From Auanema rhodensis (taxonomy: Eukaryota > Animalia > Nematoda), in contig OZ059900.1 of the NCBI GenBank assembly GCA_964057225.1, positions 21,638,001-21,702,000 on the forward strand: a stretch of 64,000 nucleotides of DNA. The letters are read 5' to 3'. Positions 1 through 12,400 of this stretch are shown here, one piece after another (position 1 is the first letter of the stretch; every line of letters starts with the position of its first letter). A program made the translations under genes and the position numbers. The notes under the pieces are model-generated. The model saw only the letters and a program-made list of their open reading frames with translations. It ran no database searches and was not told the DNA's origin.

Positions 1-342
1 TCATTGACATTGCATGAGTTTGAACACATGAAATCGTAAGTCAAAACCTTGTTTACAGCGAAATTTCCAAAAACTGGTTTTCCAGCATAATAAAATATTT
101 CTCATGGGAAATACTGTGTTTTTGTATTTTTCTAGTGTTCAGCATGTAAAATGCTTCATTTTAGTATGTAACACGCTGAAATTCGTTGCATTTGACGACT
201 CATATGAACAAAAATCGATTTAATCAATATTAGCCATAAAGGGCGTGCCCTCAGAATATGCTAATTTCCTTAATTTTCTAACCCCTGTTTTTTTGTCGTG
301 AAAGTGGAACTAGACGTTGTACGAACAATTTTGAGCTAGGTT
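1..342. repeat. Reference (consensus-type) monomer
   Basis: tcattgacat...ttgagctaggtt, with the next copy starting at 343. Hand count gives 57 C and 58 G in 342 bp, and 10 CpGs. The phase is arbitrary (set by the window start). Confidence 0.98.
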
Positions 343-3300
343 TCATTGACATTGCATGAGTTTGAACACATGAAATCGTAAGTCAAAACCTTGTTTACAG
401 CGAAATTTCCAAAAACTGGTTTTCCAGCATAATAAAATATTTCTCATGGGAAATACTGTGTTTTTGTATTTTTCTAGTGTTCAGCATGTAAAATGCTTCA
501 TTTTAGTATGTAACACGCTGAAATTCGTTGCATTTGACGACTCATATGAACAAAAATCGATTTAATCAATATTAGCCATAAAGGGCGTGCCCTCAGAATA
601 TGCTAATTTCCTTAATTTTCTAACCCCTGTTTTTTTGTCGTGAAAGTGGAACTAGACGTTGTATTAACAATTTTGAGCTAGGTTTCATTGACATTGCATG
701 AGTTTGAACACATGAAATCGTAAGTCAAAACCTTGTTTACAGCGAAATTTCCAAAAACTGGTTTTCCAGCATAATAAAATATTTCTCATGAGAAATACTG
801 TGTTTTTGTATTTTTCTAGTGTTCAGCATGTAAAATGCTTCATTTCAGTATGTAACACGCTGAAATTCGTTGCATTTGACGACTCATATGAACAAAAATC
901 GATTTAATCAATATTAGCCATAAAGGGCGTGCCCTCAGAATATGCTAATTTCCTTAATTTTCTAACCCCTGTTTTTTTGTCGTGAAAGTGGAACTAGACG
1001 TTGTACGAACAATTTTGAGCTAGGTTTCATTGACATTGCATGAGTTTGAACACATGAAATCGTAAGTCAAAACCTTGTTTACAGCGAAATTTCCAAAAAC
1101 TGGTTTTCCAGCATAATAAAATATTTCTCATGGGAAATACTGTGTTTTTGTATTTTTCTAGTGTTCAGCATGTAAAATGCTTCATTTTAGTATGTAACAC
1201 GCTGAAATTCGTTGCATTTGACGACTCATATGAACAAAAATCGATTTAATCAATATTAGCCATAAAGGGCGTGCCCTCAGAATATGCTAATTTCCTTAAT
1301 TTTCTAACCCCTGTTTTTTTGTCGTGAAAGTGGAACTAGACGTTGTATTAACAATTTTGAGCTAGGTTTCATTGACATTGCATGAGTTTGAACACATGAA
1401 ATCGTAAGTCAAAACCTTGTTTACAGCGAAATTTCCAAAAACTGGTTTTCCAGCATAATAAAATATTTCTCATGAGAAATACTGTGTTTTTGTATTTTTC
1501 TAGTGTTCAGCATGTAAAATGCTTCATTTCAGTATGTAACACGCTGAAATTCGTTGCATTTGACGACTCATATGAACAAAAATCGATTTAATCAATATTA
1601 GCCATAAAGGGCGTGCCCTCAGAATATGCTAATTTCCTTAATTTTCTAACCCCTGTTTTTTTGTCGTGAAAGTGGAACTAGACGTTGTACGAACAATTTT
1701 GAGCTAGGTTTCATTGACATTGCATGAGTTTGAACACATGAAATCGTAAGTCAAAACCTTGTTTACAGCGAAATTTCCAAAAACTGGTTTTCCAGCATAA
1801 TAAAATATTTCTCATGGGAAATACTGTGTTTTTGTATTTTTCTAGTGTTCAGCATGTAAAATGCTTCATTTTAGTATGTAACACGCTGAAATTCGTTGCA
1901 TTTGACTACTCATATGAACAAAAATCGATTTAATCAATATTAGCCATAAGGGGCGTGCCCTCAGAATATGCTAATTTCCTTAATTTTCTAACCCCTATTT
2001 TTTTGTCGTGAAAGTGGAACTAGACGTTGTAGGAACAATTTTGAGCTAGGTTTCATTGACATTGCATGAGTTTGAACACATGAAATCGTAAGTCAAAACC
2101 TTGTTTACAGCGAAATTTCCAAAAACTGGTTTTCCAGCATAATAAAATATTTCTCATGGGAAATACTGTGTATTTGTATTTTTCTAGTGTTCAGCATGTA
2201 AAATGCTTCATTTTAGTATGTAACACGCTGAAATTCGTTGCATTTGACGACTCATATGAACAAAAATCGATTTAATCAATATTAGCCATAAAGGGCGTGC
2301 CCTCAGAATATGCTAATTTCCTTAATTTTCTAACCCCTGTTTTTTTGTCGTGAAAGTAGAACTAGACGTTGTAGGAACAATTTTGAGCTAGGTTTCATTG
2401 ACATTGCATGAGTTTGAACACATGAAATCGTAAGTCAAAACCTTGTTTACAGCGAAATTTCCAAAAACTGGTTTTCCAGCATAATAAAATATTTCTCATG
2501 GGAAATACTGTGTTTTTGTATTTTTCTAGTGTTCAGCATGTAAAATGCTTCATTTTAGTATGTAACACGCTGAAATTCGTTGCATTTGACGACTCATATG
2601 AACAAAAATCGATTTAATCAATATTAGCCATAAAGGGCGTGCCCTCAGAATATGCTAATTTCCTTAATTTTCTAACCCCTGTTTTTTTGTCGTGAAAGTG
2701 GAACTAGACGTTGTACGAACAATTTTGAGCTAGGTTTCATTGACATTGCATGAGTTTGAACACATGAAATCGTAAGTCAAAACCTTGTTTACAGCGAAAT
2801 TTCCAAAAACTGGTTTTCCAGCATAATAAAATATTTCTCATGGGAAATACTGTGTTTTTGTATTTTTCTAGCGTTCAGCATGTAAAATGCTTCATTTTAG
2901 TATGTAACACGCTGAAATTCGTTGCATTTGACAACTCATATGAACAAAAATCGATTTAATCAATATTAGCCATAAAGGGCGTGCCCTCAGAATATGCTAA
3001 TTTCCTTAATTTTCTAACCCGTGTTTTTTAGTCGTGAAAGTGGAACTAGACGTTGTACGAACAATTTTGAGCTAGGTTTCATTGACATTGCATGAGTTTG
3101 AACACATGAAATCGTAAGTCAAAACCTTGTTTACAGCGAAATTTCCAAAAACTGGTTTTCCAGCATAATAAAATATTTCTCATGGGAAATACTGTGTTTT
3201 TGTATTTTTCTAGTGTTCAGCATGTAAAATGCTTCATTTTAGTATGTAACACGCTGAAATTCGTTGCATTTGACGACTCATATGAACAAAAATCGATTTA

Positions 3301-6300
3301 ATCAATATTAGCCATAAAGGGCGTGCCCTCAGAATATGCTAATTTCCTTAATTTTCTAACCCCGGTTTTTTTGTCGTGAAAGTGGAACTAGACGTTGTAG
3401 GAACAATTTTGAGCTAGGTTTCATTGACATTGCATGAGTTTGAACACATGAAATCGTAAGTCAAAACCTTGTTTACAGCGAAATTTCCAAAAACTGGTTT
3501 TCCAGCATAATAAAATATTTCTCATGGGAAATACTGTGTTTTTGTATTTTTCTAGTGTTCAGCATGTAAAATGCTTCATTTTAGTATGTAACACGCTGAA
3601 ATTCGTTGCATTTGACGACTCATATGAACAAAAATCGATTTAATCAATATTAGCCATAAAGGGCGTGCCCTCAGAATATGCTAATTTCCTTAATTTTCTA
3701 ACCCCTGTTTTTTTGTCGTGAAAGTGGAACTAGACGTTGTATTAACAATTTTGAGCTAGGTTTCATTGACATTGCATGAGTTTGAACACATGAAATCGTA
3801 AGTCAAAACCTTGTTTACAGCGAAATTTCCAAAAACTGGTTTTCCAGCATAATAAAATATTTCTCATGAGAAATACTGTGTTTTTGTATTTTTCTAGTGT
3901 TCAGCATGTGAAATGCTTCATTTCAGTATGTAACACGCTGAATTTCGTTGCATTTGACGACTCATATGAACAAAAATCGATTTAATCAATATTAGCCATA
4001 AAGGGCGTGCCCTCAGAATATGCTAATTTCCTTAATTTTCTAACCCCGGTTTTTTTGTCGTGAAAGTGGAACTAGACGTTGTAGGAACAATTTTGAGCTA
4101 GGTTTCATTGACATTGCATGAGTTTGAACACATGAAATCGTAAGTCAAAACCTTGTTTACAGCGAAATTTCCAAAAACTGGTTTTCCAGCATAATAAAAT
4201 ATTTCTCATGGGAAATACTGTGTTTTTGTATTTTTCTAGTGTTCAGCATGTAAAATGCTTCATTTTAGTATGTAACACGCTGAAATTCGTTGCATTTGAC
4301 GACTCATATGAACAAAAATCGATTTAATCAATATTAGCCATAAAGGGCGTGCCCTCAGAATATGCTAATTTCCTTAATTTTCTAACCCCTGTTTTTTTGT
4401 CGTGAAAGTGGAACTAGACGTTGTATTAACAATTTTGAGCTAGGTTTCATTGACATTGCATGAGTTTGAACACATGAAATCGTAAGTCAAAACCTTGTTT
4501 ACAGCGAAATTTCCAAAAACTGGTTTTCCAGCATAATAAAATATTTCTCATGAGAAATACTGTGTTTTTGTATTTTTCTAGTGTTCAGCATGTGAAATGC
4601 TTCATTTCAGTATGTAACACGCTGAATTTCGTTGCATTTGACGACTCATATGAACAAAAATCGATTTAATCAATATTAGCCATAAAGGGCGTGCCCTCAG
4701 AATATGCTAATTTCCTTAATTTTCTAACCCCTGTTTTTTTGTCGTGAAAGTGGAACTAGACGTTGTACGAACAATTTTGAGCTAGGTTTCATTGACATTG
4801 CATGAGTTTGAACACATGAAATCGTAAGTCAAAACCTTGTTTACAGCGAAATTTCCAAAAACTGGTTTTCCAGCATAATAAAATATTTCTCATGGGAAAT
4901 ACTGTGTTTTTGTATTTTTCTAGTGTTCAGCATGTAAAATGCTTCATTTTAGTATGTAACACGCTGAAATTCGTTGCATTTGACTACTCATATGAACAAA
5001 AATCGATTTAATCAATATTAGCCATAAGGGGCGTGCCCTCAGAATATGCTAATTTCCTTAATTTTCTAACCCCTATTTTTTTGTCGTGAAAGTGGAACTA
5101 GACGTTGTAGGAACAATTTTGAGCTAGGTTTCATTGACATTGCATGAGTTTGAACACATGAAATCGTAAGTCAAAACCTTGTTTACAGCGAAATTTCCAA
5201 AAACTGGTTTTCCAGCATAATAAAATATTTCTCATGGGAAATACTGTGTTTTTGTATTTTTCTAGTGTTCAGCATGTAAAATGCTTCATTTTAGTATGTA
5301 ACACGCTGAAATTCGTTGCATTTGACGACTCATATGAACAAAAATCGATTTAATCAATATTAGCCATAAAGGGCGTGCCCTCAGAATATGCTAATTTCCT
5401 TAATTTTCTAACCCCTGTTTTTTTGTCGTGAAAGTAGAACTAGACGTTGTAGGAACAATTTTGAGCTAGGTTTCATTGACATTGCATGAGTTTGAACACA
5501 TGAAATCGTAAGTCAAAACCTTGTTTACAGCGAAATTTCCAAAAACTGGTTTTCCAGCATAATAAAATATTTCTCATGGGAAATACTGTGTTTTTGTATT
5601 TTTCTAGTGTTCAGCATGTAAAATGCTTCATTTTAGTATGTAACACGCTGAAATTCGTTGCATTTGACGACTCATATGAACAAAAATCGATTTAATCAAT
5701 ATTAGCCATAAAGGGCGTGCCCTCAGAATATGCTAATTTCCTTAATTTTCTAACCCCTGTTTTTTTGTCGTGAAAGTGGAACTAGACGTTGTACGAACAA
5801 TTTTGAGCTAGGTTTCATTGACATTGCATGAGTTTGAACACATGAAATCGTAAGTCAAAACCTTGTTTACAGCGAAATTTCCAAAAACTGGTTTTCCAGC
5901 ATAATAAAATATTTCTCATGGGAAATACTGTGTTTTTGTATTTTTCTAGCGTTCAGCATGTAAAATGCTTCATTTTAGTATGTAACACGCTGAAATTCGT
6001 TGCATTTGACAACTCATATGAACAAAAATCGATTTAATCAATATTAGCCATAAAGGGCGTGCCCTCAGAATATGCTAATTTCCTTAATTTTCTAACCCGT
6101 GTTTTTTAGTCGTGAAAGTGGAACTAGACGTTGTACGAACAATTTTGAGCTAGGTTTCATTGACATTGCATGAGTTTGAACACATGAAATCGTAAGTCAA
6201 AACCTTGTTTACAGCGAAATTTCCAAAAACTGGTTTTCCAGCATAATAAAATATTTCTCATGGGAAATACTGTGTTTTTGTATTTTTCTAGTGTTCAGCA

Positions 6301-6498
6301 TGTAAAATGCTTCATTTTAGTATGTAACACGCTGAAATTCGTTGCATTTGACGACTCATATGAACAAAAATCGATTTAATCAATATTAGCCATAAAGGGC
6401 GTGCCCTCAGAATATGCTAATTTCCTTAATTTTCTAACCCCGGTTTTTTTGTCGTGAAAGTGGAACTAGACGTTGTAGGAACAATTTTGAGCTAGGTT
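343..6498. repeat. 9-monomer higher-order duplication (343-3420 / 3421-6498, period 3078 bp)
   Basis: The same ordered series of marker monomers occurs twice: gtattaac; gagaaa+tttcag; gtattaac; gagaaa+tttcag; gactact+aagggg+ccctat+agga; agtaga+agga; consensus; tagcgt+gacaact+cccgtg..ttag; ccccgg+agga. Confidence 0.9.
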
Positions 6499-9400
6499 TC
6501 ATTGACATTGCATGAGTTTGAACACATGAAATCGTAAGTCAAAACCTTGTTTACAGCGAAATTTCCAAAAACTGGTTTTCCAGCATAATAAAATATTTCT
6601 CATGTGAAATACTGTGTTTTTGTATTTTTCTAGTGTTCAGCATGTAAAATGCTTCATTTTAGTATGTAACACGCTGAAATTCGTTGCATTTGACGACTCA
6701 TATGAACAAAAATCGAATTAATCAATATTAGCCATAAGGGGCGTGCCCTCAGAATATGCTAATTTCCTTAATTTTCTAACCCCTGTTTTTTGTCGTGAAA
6801 GTGGAACTAGACGTTGTACGAACAATTTTGAGCTAGGTTTCATTGACATTGCATGAGTTTGAACACATGAAATCGTAAGTCAAAACCTTGTTTACAGCGA
6901 AATTTCCAAAAACTGGTTTTCCAGCATAATAAAATATTTCTCATGGGAAAAACTGTGTTTTTGTATTTTTCTAGTGTTCAGCATGTAAAATGCTTCATTT
7001 TAGTATGTAACACGCTGAAATTCGTTGCATTTGACGACTCATATGAACAAAAATCGATTTAATCAATATTAGCCATAAGGGGCGTGCCCTCAGAATATGC
7101 TAATTTCCTTAATTTTCTAACCCCTGTTTTTTTGTCGTGAAAGTGGAACTAGACGTTGTAGGAACAATTTTGAGCTAGGTTTCATTGACATTGCATGAGT
7201 TTGAACACATGAAATCGTAAGTCAAAACCTTGTTTACAGCGAAATTTCCAAAAACTGGTTTTCCAGCATAATAAAATATTTCTCATGGGAAATACTGTGT
7301 TTTTGTATTTTTCTAGTGTTCAGCATGTAAAATGCTTCATTTTAGTATGTAACACGCTGAAATTCGTTGCATTTGACGACTCATATGAACAAAAATCGAT
7401 TTAATCAATATTAGCCATAAAGGGCGTGCCCTCAGAATATGCTAATTTCCTTAATTTTCTAACCCCTGTTTTTTTGTCGTGAAAGTGGAACTAGACGTTG
7501 TACGAACAATTTTGAGCTAGGTTTCATTGACATTGCATGAGTTTGAACACATGAAATCGTAAGTCAAAACCTTGTTTACAGCGAAATTTCCAAAAACTGG
7601 TTTTCCAGCATAATAAAATATTTCTCATGTGAAATACTGTGTTTTTGTATTTTTCTAGTGTTCAGCATGTAAAATGCTTCATTTTAGTATGTAACACGCT
7701 GAAATTCGTTGCATTTGACGACTCATATGAACAAAAATCGAATTAATCAATATTAGCCATAAGGGGCGTGCCCTCAGAATATGCTAATTTCCTTAATTTT
7801 CTAACCCCTGTTTTTTGTCGTGAAAGTGGAACTAGACGTTGTACGAACAATTTTGAGCTAGGTTTCATTGACATTGCATGAGTTTGAACACATGAAATCG
7901 TAAGTCAAAACCTTGTTTACAGCGAAATTTCCAAAAACTGGTTTTCCAGCATAATAAAATATTTCTCATGGGAAATACTGTGTTTTTGTATTTTTCTAGC
8001 GTTCAGCATGTAAAATGCTTCATTTTAGTATGTAACACGCTGAAATTCGTTGCATTTGACGACTCATATGAACAAAAATCGATTTAATCAATATTAGCCA
8101 TAAAGGGCGTGCCCTCAGAATATGCTAATTTCCTTAATTTTCTAACCCGTGTTTTTTAGTCGTGAAAGTGGAACTAGACGTTGTACGAACAATTTTGAGC
8201 TAGGTTTCATTGACATTGCATGAGTTTGAACACATGAAATCGTAAGTCAAAACCTTGTTTACAGCGAAATTTCCAAAAACTGGTTTTCCAGCATAATAAA
8301 ATATTTCTCATGGGAAATACTGTGTTTTTGTATTTTTCTAGTGTTCAGCATGTAAAATGCTTCATTTTAGTATGTAACACGCTGAAATTCGTTGCATTTG
8401 ACGACTCATATGAACAAAAATCGATTTAATCAATATTAGCCATAAAGGGCGTGCCCTCAGAATATGCTAATTTCCTTAATTTTCTAACCCCGGTTTTTTT
8501 GTCGTGAAAGTGGAACTAGACGTTGTAGGAACAATTTTGAGCTAGGTTTCATTGACATTGCATGAGTTTGAACACATGAAATCGTAAGTCAAAACCTTGT
8601 TTACAGCGAAATTTCCAAAAACTGGTTTTCCAGCATAATAAAATATTTCTCATGTGAAATACTGTGTTTTTGTATTTTTCTAGTGTTCAGCATGTAAAAT
8701 GCTTCATTTTAGTATGTAACACGCTGAAATTCGTTGCATTTGACGACTCATATGAACAAAAATCGAATTAATCAATATTAGCCATAAGGGGCGTGCCCTC
8801 AGAATATGCTAATTTCCTTAATTTTCTAACCCCTGTTTTTTGTCGTGAAAGTGGAACTAGACGTTGTACGAACAATTTTGAGCTAGGTTTCATTGACATT
8901 GCATGAGTTTGAACACATGAAATCGTAAGTCAAAACCTTGTTTACAGCGAAATTTCCAAAAACTGGTTTTCCAGCATAATAAAATATTTCTCATGGGAAA
9001 AACTGTGTTTTTGTATTTTTCTAGTGTTCAGCATGTAAAATGCTTCATTTTAGTATGTAACACGCTGAAATTCGTTGCATTTGACGACTCATATGAACAA
9101 AAATCGATTTAATCAATATTAGCCATAAGGGGCGTGCCCTCAGAATATGCTAATTTCCTTAATTTTCTAACCCCTGTTTTTTTGTCGTGAAAGTGGAACT
9201 AGACGTTGTAGGAACAATTTTGAGCTAGGTTTCATTGACATTGCATGAGTTTGAACACATGAAATCGTAAGTCAAAACCTTGTTTACAGCGAAATTTCCA
9301 AAAACTGGTTTTCCAGCATAATAAAATATTTCTCATGGGAAATACTGTGTTTTTGTATTTTTCTAGTGTTCAGCATGTAAAATGCTTCATTTTAGTATGT

Positions 9401-12400
9401 AACACGCTGAAATTCGTTGCATTTGACGACTCATATGAACAAAAATCGATTTAATCAATATTAGCCATAAAGGGCGTGCCCTCAGAATATGCTAATTTCC
9501 TTAATTTTCTAACCCCTGTTTTTTTGTCGTGAAAGTGGAACTAGACGTTGTACGAACAATTTTGAGCTAGGTTTCATTGACATTGCATGAGTTTGAACAC
9601 ATGAAATCGTAAGTCAAAACCTTGTTTACAGCGAAATTTCCAAAAACTGGTTTTCCAGCATAATAAAATATTTCTCATGGGAAATACTGTGTTTTTGTAT
9701 TTTTCTAGTGTTCAGCATGTAAAATGCTTCATTTGAGTATGTAACACGCTGAAATTCGTTGCATTTGACGACTCATATGAACAAAAATCGATTTAATCAA
9801 TATTAGCCATAAAGGGCGTGCCCTCAGAATATGCTAATTTCCTTAATTTTCTAACCCCTGTTTTTTTGTCGTGAAAGTGGAACTAGACGTTGTATTAACA
9901 ATTTTGAGCTAGGTTTCATTGACATTGCATGAGTTTGAACACATGAAATCGTAAGTCAAAACCTTGTTTACAGCGAAATTTCCAAAAACTGGTTTTCCAG
10001 CATAATAAAATATTTCTCATGAGAAATACTGTGTTTTTGTATTTTTCTAGTGTTCAGCATGTAAAATGCTTCATTTCAGTATGTAACACGCTGAAATTCG
10101 TTGCATTTGACGACTCATATGAACAAAAATCGATTTAATCAATATTAGCCATAAAGGGCGTGCCCTCAGAATATGCTAATTTCCTTAATTTTCTAACCCC
10201 GGTTTTTTTGTCGTGAAAGTGGAACTAGACGTTGTAGGAACAATTTTGAGCTAGGTTTCATTGACATTGCATGAGTTTGAACACATGAAATCGTAAGTCA
10301 AAACCTTGTTTACAGCGAAATTTCCAAAAACTGGTTTTCCAGCATAATAAAATATTTCTCATGTGAAATACTGTGTTTTTGTATTTTTCTAGTGTTCAGC
10401 ATGTAAAATGCTTCATTTTAGTATGTAACACGCTGAAATTCGTTGCATTTGACGACTCATATGAACAAAAATCGAATTAATCAATATTAGCCATAAGGGG
10501 CGTGCCCTCAGAATATGCTAATTTCCTTAATTTTCTAACCCCTGTTTTTTGTCGTGAAAGTGGAACTAGACGTTGTACGAACAATTTTGAGCTAGGTTTC
10601 ATTGACATTGCATGAGTTTGAACACATGAAATCGTAAGTCAAAACCTTGTTTACAGCGAAATTTCCAAAAACTGGTTTTCCAGCATAATAAAATATTTCT
10701 CATGGGAAAAACTGTGTTTTTGTATTTTTCTAGTGTTCAGCATGTAAAATGCTTCATTTTAGTATGTAACACGCTGAAATTCGTTGCATTTGACGACTCA
10801 TATGAACAAAAATCGATTTAATCAATATTAGCCATAAGGGGCGTGCCCTCAGAATATGCTAATTTCCTTAATTTTCTAACCCCTGTTTTTTTGTCGTGAA
10901 AGTGGAACTAGACGTTGTAGGAACAATTTTGAGCTAGGTTTCATTGACATTGCATGAGTTTGAACACATGAAATCGTAAGTCAAAACCTTGTTTACAGCG
11001 AAATTTCCAAAAACTGGTTTTCCAGCATAATAAAATATTTCTCATGAGAAATACTGTGTTTTTGTATTTTTCTAGTGTTCAGCATGTAAAATGCTTCATT
11101 TTAGTATGTAACACGCTGAAATTCGTTGCATTTGACGACTCATATGAACAAAAATCGATTTAATCAATATTAGCCATAAAGGGCGTGCCCTCAGAATATG
11201 CTAATTTCCTTAATTTTCTAACCCCTGTTTTTTTGTCGTGAAAGTGGAACTAGACGTTGTACGAACAATTTTGAGCTAGGTTTCATTGACATTGCATGAG
11301 TTTGAACACATGAAATCGTAAGTCAAAACCTTGTTTACAGCGAAATTTCCAAAAACTGGTTTTCCAGCATAATAAAATATTTCTCATGGGAAATACTGTG
11401 TTTTTGTATTTTTCTAGTGTTCAGCATGTAAAATGCTTCATTTGAGTATGTAACACGCTGAAATTCGTTGCATTTGACGACTCATATGAACAAAAATCGA
11501 TTTAATCAATATTAGCCATAAAGGGCGTGCCCTCAGAATATGCTAATTTCCTTAATTTTCTAACCCCTGTTTTTTTGTCGTGAAAGTGGAACTAGACGTT
11601 GTATTAACAATTTTGAGCTAGGTTTCATTGACATTGCATGAGTTTGAACACATGAAATCGTAAGTCAAAACCTTGTTTACAGCGAAATTTCCAAAAACTG
11701 GTTTTCCAGCATAATAAAATATTTCTCATGAGAAATACTGTGTTTTTGTATTTTTCTAGTGTTCAGCATGTAAAATGCTTCATTTCAGTATGTAACACGC
11801 TGAAATTCGTTGCATTTGACGACTCATATGAACAAAAATCGATTTAATCAATATTAGCCATAAAGGGCGTGCCCTCAGAATATGCTAATTTCCTTAATTT
11901 TCTAACCCCTGTTTTTTTGTCGTGAAAGTGGAACTAGACGTTGTACGAACAATTTTGAGCTAGGTTTCATTGACATTGCATGAGTTTGAACACATGAAAT
12001 CGTAAGTCAAAACCTTGTTTACAGCGAAATTTCCAAAAACTGGTTTTCCAGCATAATAAAATATTTCTCATGGGAAATACTGTGTTTTTGTATTTTTCTA
12101 GTGTTCAGCATGTAAAATGCTTCATTTTAGTATGTAACACGCTGAAATTCGTTGCATTTGACGACTCATATGAACAAAAATCGATTTAATCAATATTAGC
12201 CATAAGGGGCGTGCCCTCAGAATATGCTAATTTCCTTAATTTTCTAACCCCTGTTTTTTTGTCGTGAAAGTGGAACTAGACGTTGTACGAACAATTTTGA
12301 GCTAGGTTTCATTGACATTGCATGAGTTTGAACACATGAAATCGTAAGTCAACACCTTGTTTACAGCGAAATTTCCAAAAACTGGTTTTCCAGCATAATA

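Noticed and set aside
4-94. Promoter or polyadenylation motifs (ttgaca at 4-9, aataaa at 89-94)
   Set aside because: These are short motifs in AT-rich satellite DNA, with no properly spaced -10 element and no associated gene.
181-197. CENP-B box-like motif attcgttgcatttgacg
   Set aside because: It matches TTCG....A but lacks the essential CGGG (6/9 core positions), so it is not a canonical box and could be chance.
278-286. Telomere-like ctaacccct
   Set aside because: It is a single hexamer per monomer, not tandem, and expected by chance.
1-342. Possible repetitive protein ORF (342 = 114 codons, in frame across monomers)
   Set aside because: All six frames have stops in the monomer: plus strand taa 37-39, tga 5-7, tga 15-17; minus strand via tca at 1, 41 and 102. 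Only tiny ORFs exist.
1-342. 5S rDNA, tRNA, snRNA or spliced-leader gene tandem unit
   Set aside because: I found no recognisable 5S, tRNA or snRNA sequence or Pol III A/B/C boxes by eye. An Infernal/Rfam search would be the definitive test.
1-342. Primate alpha-satellite dimer (2 x 171 bp)
   Set aside because: The length coincides, but I see no sequence resemblance to the alphoid consensus and no true CENP-B box.
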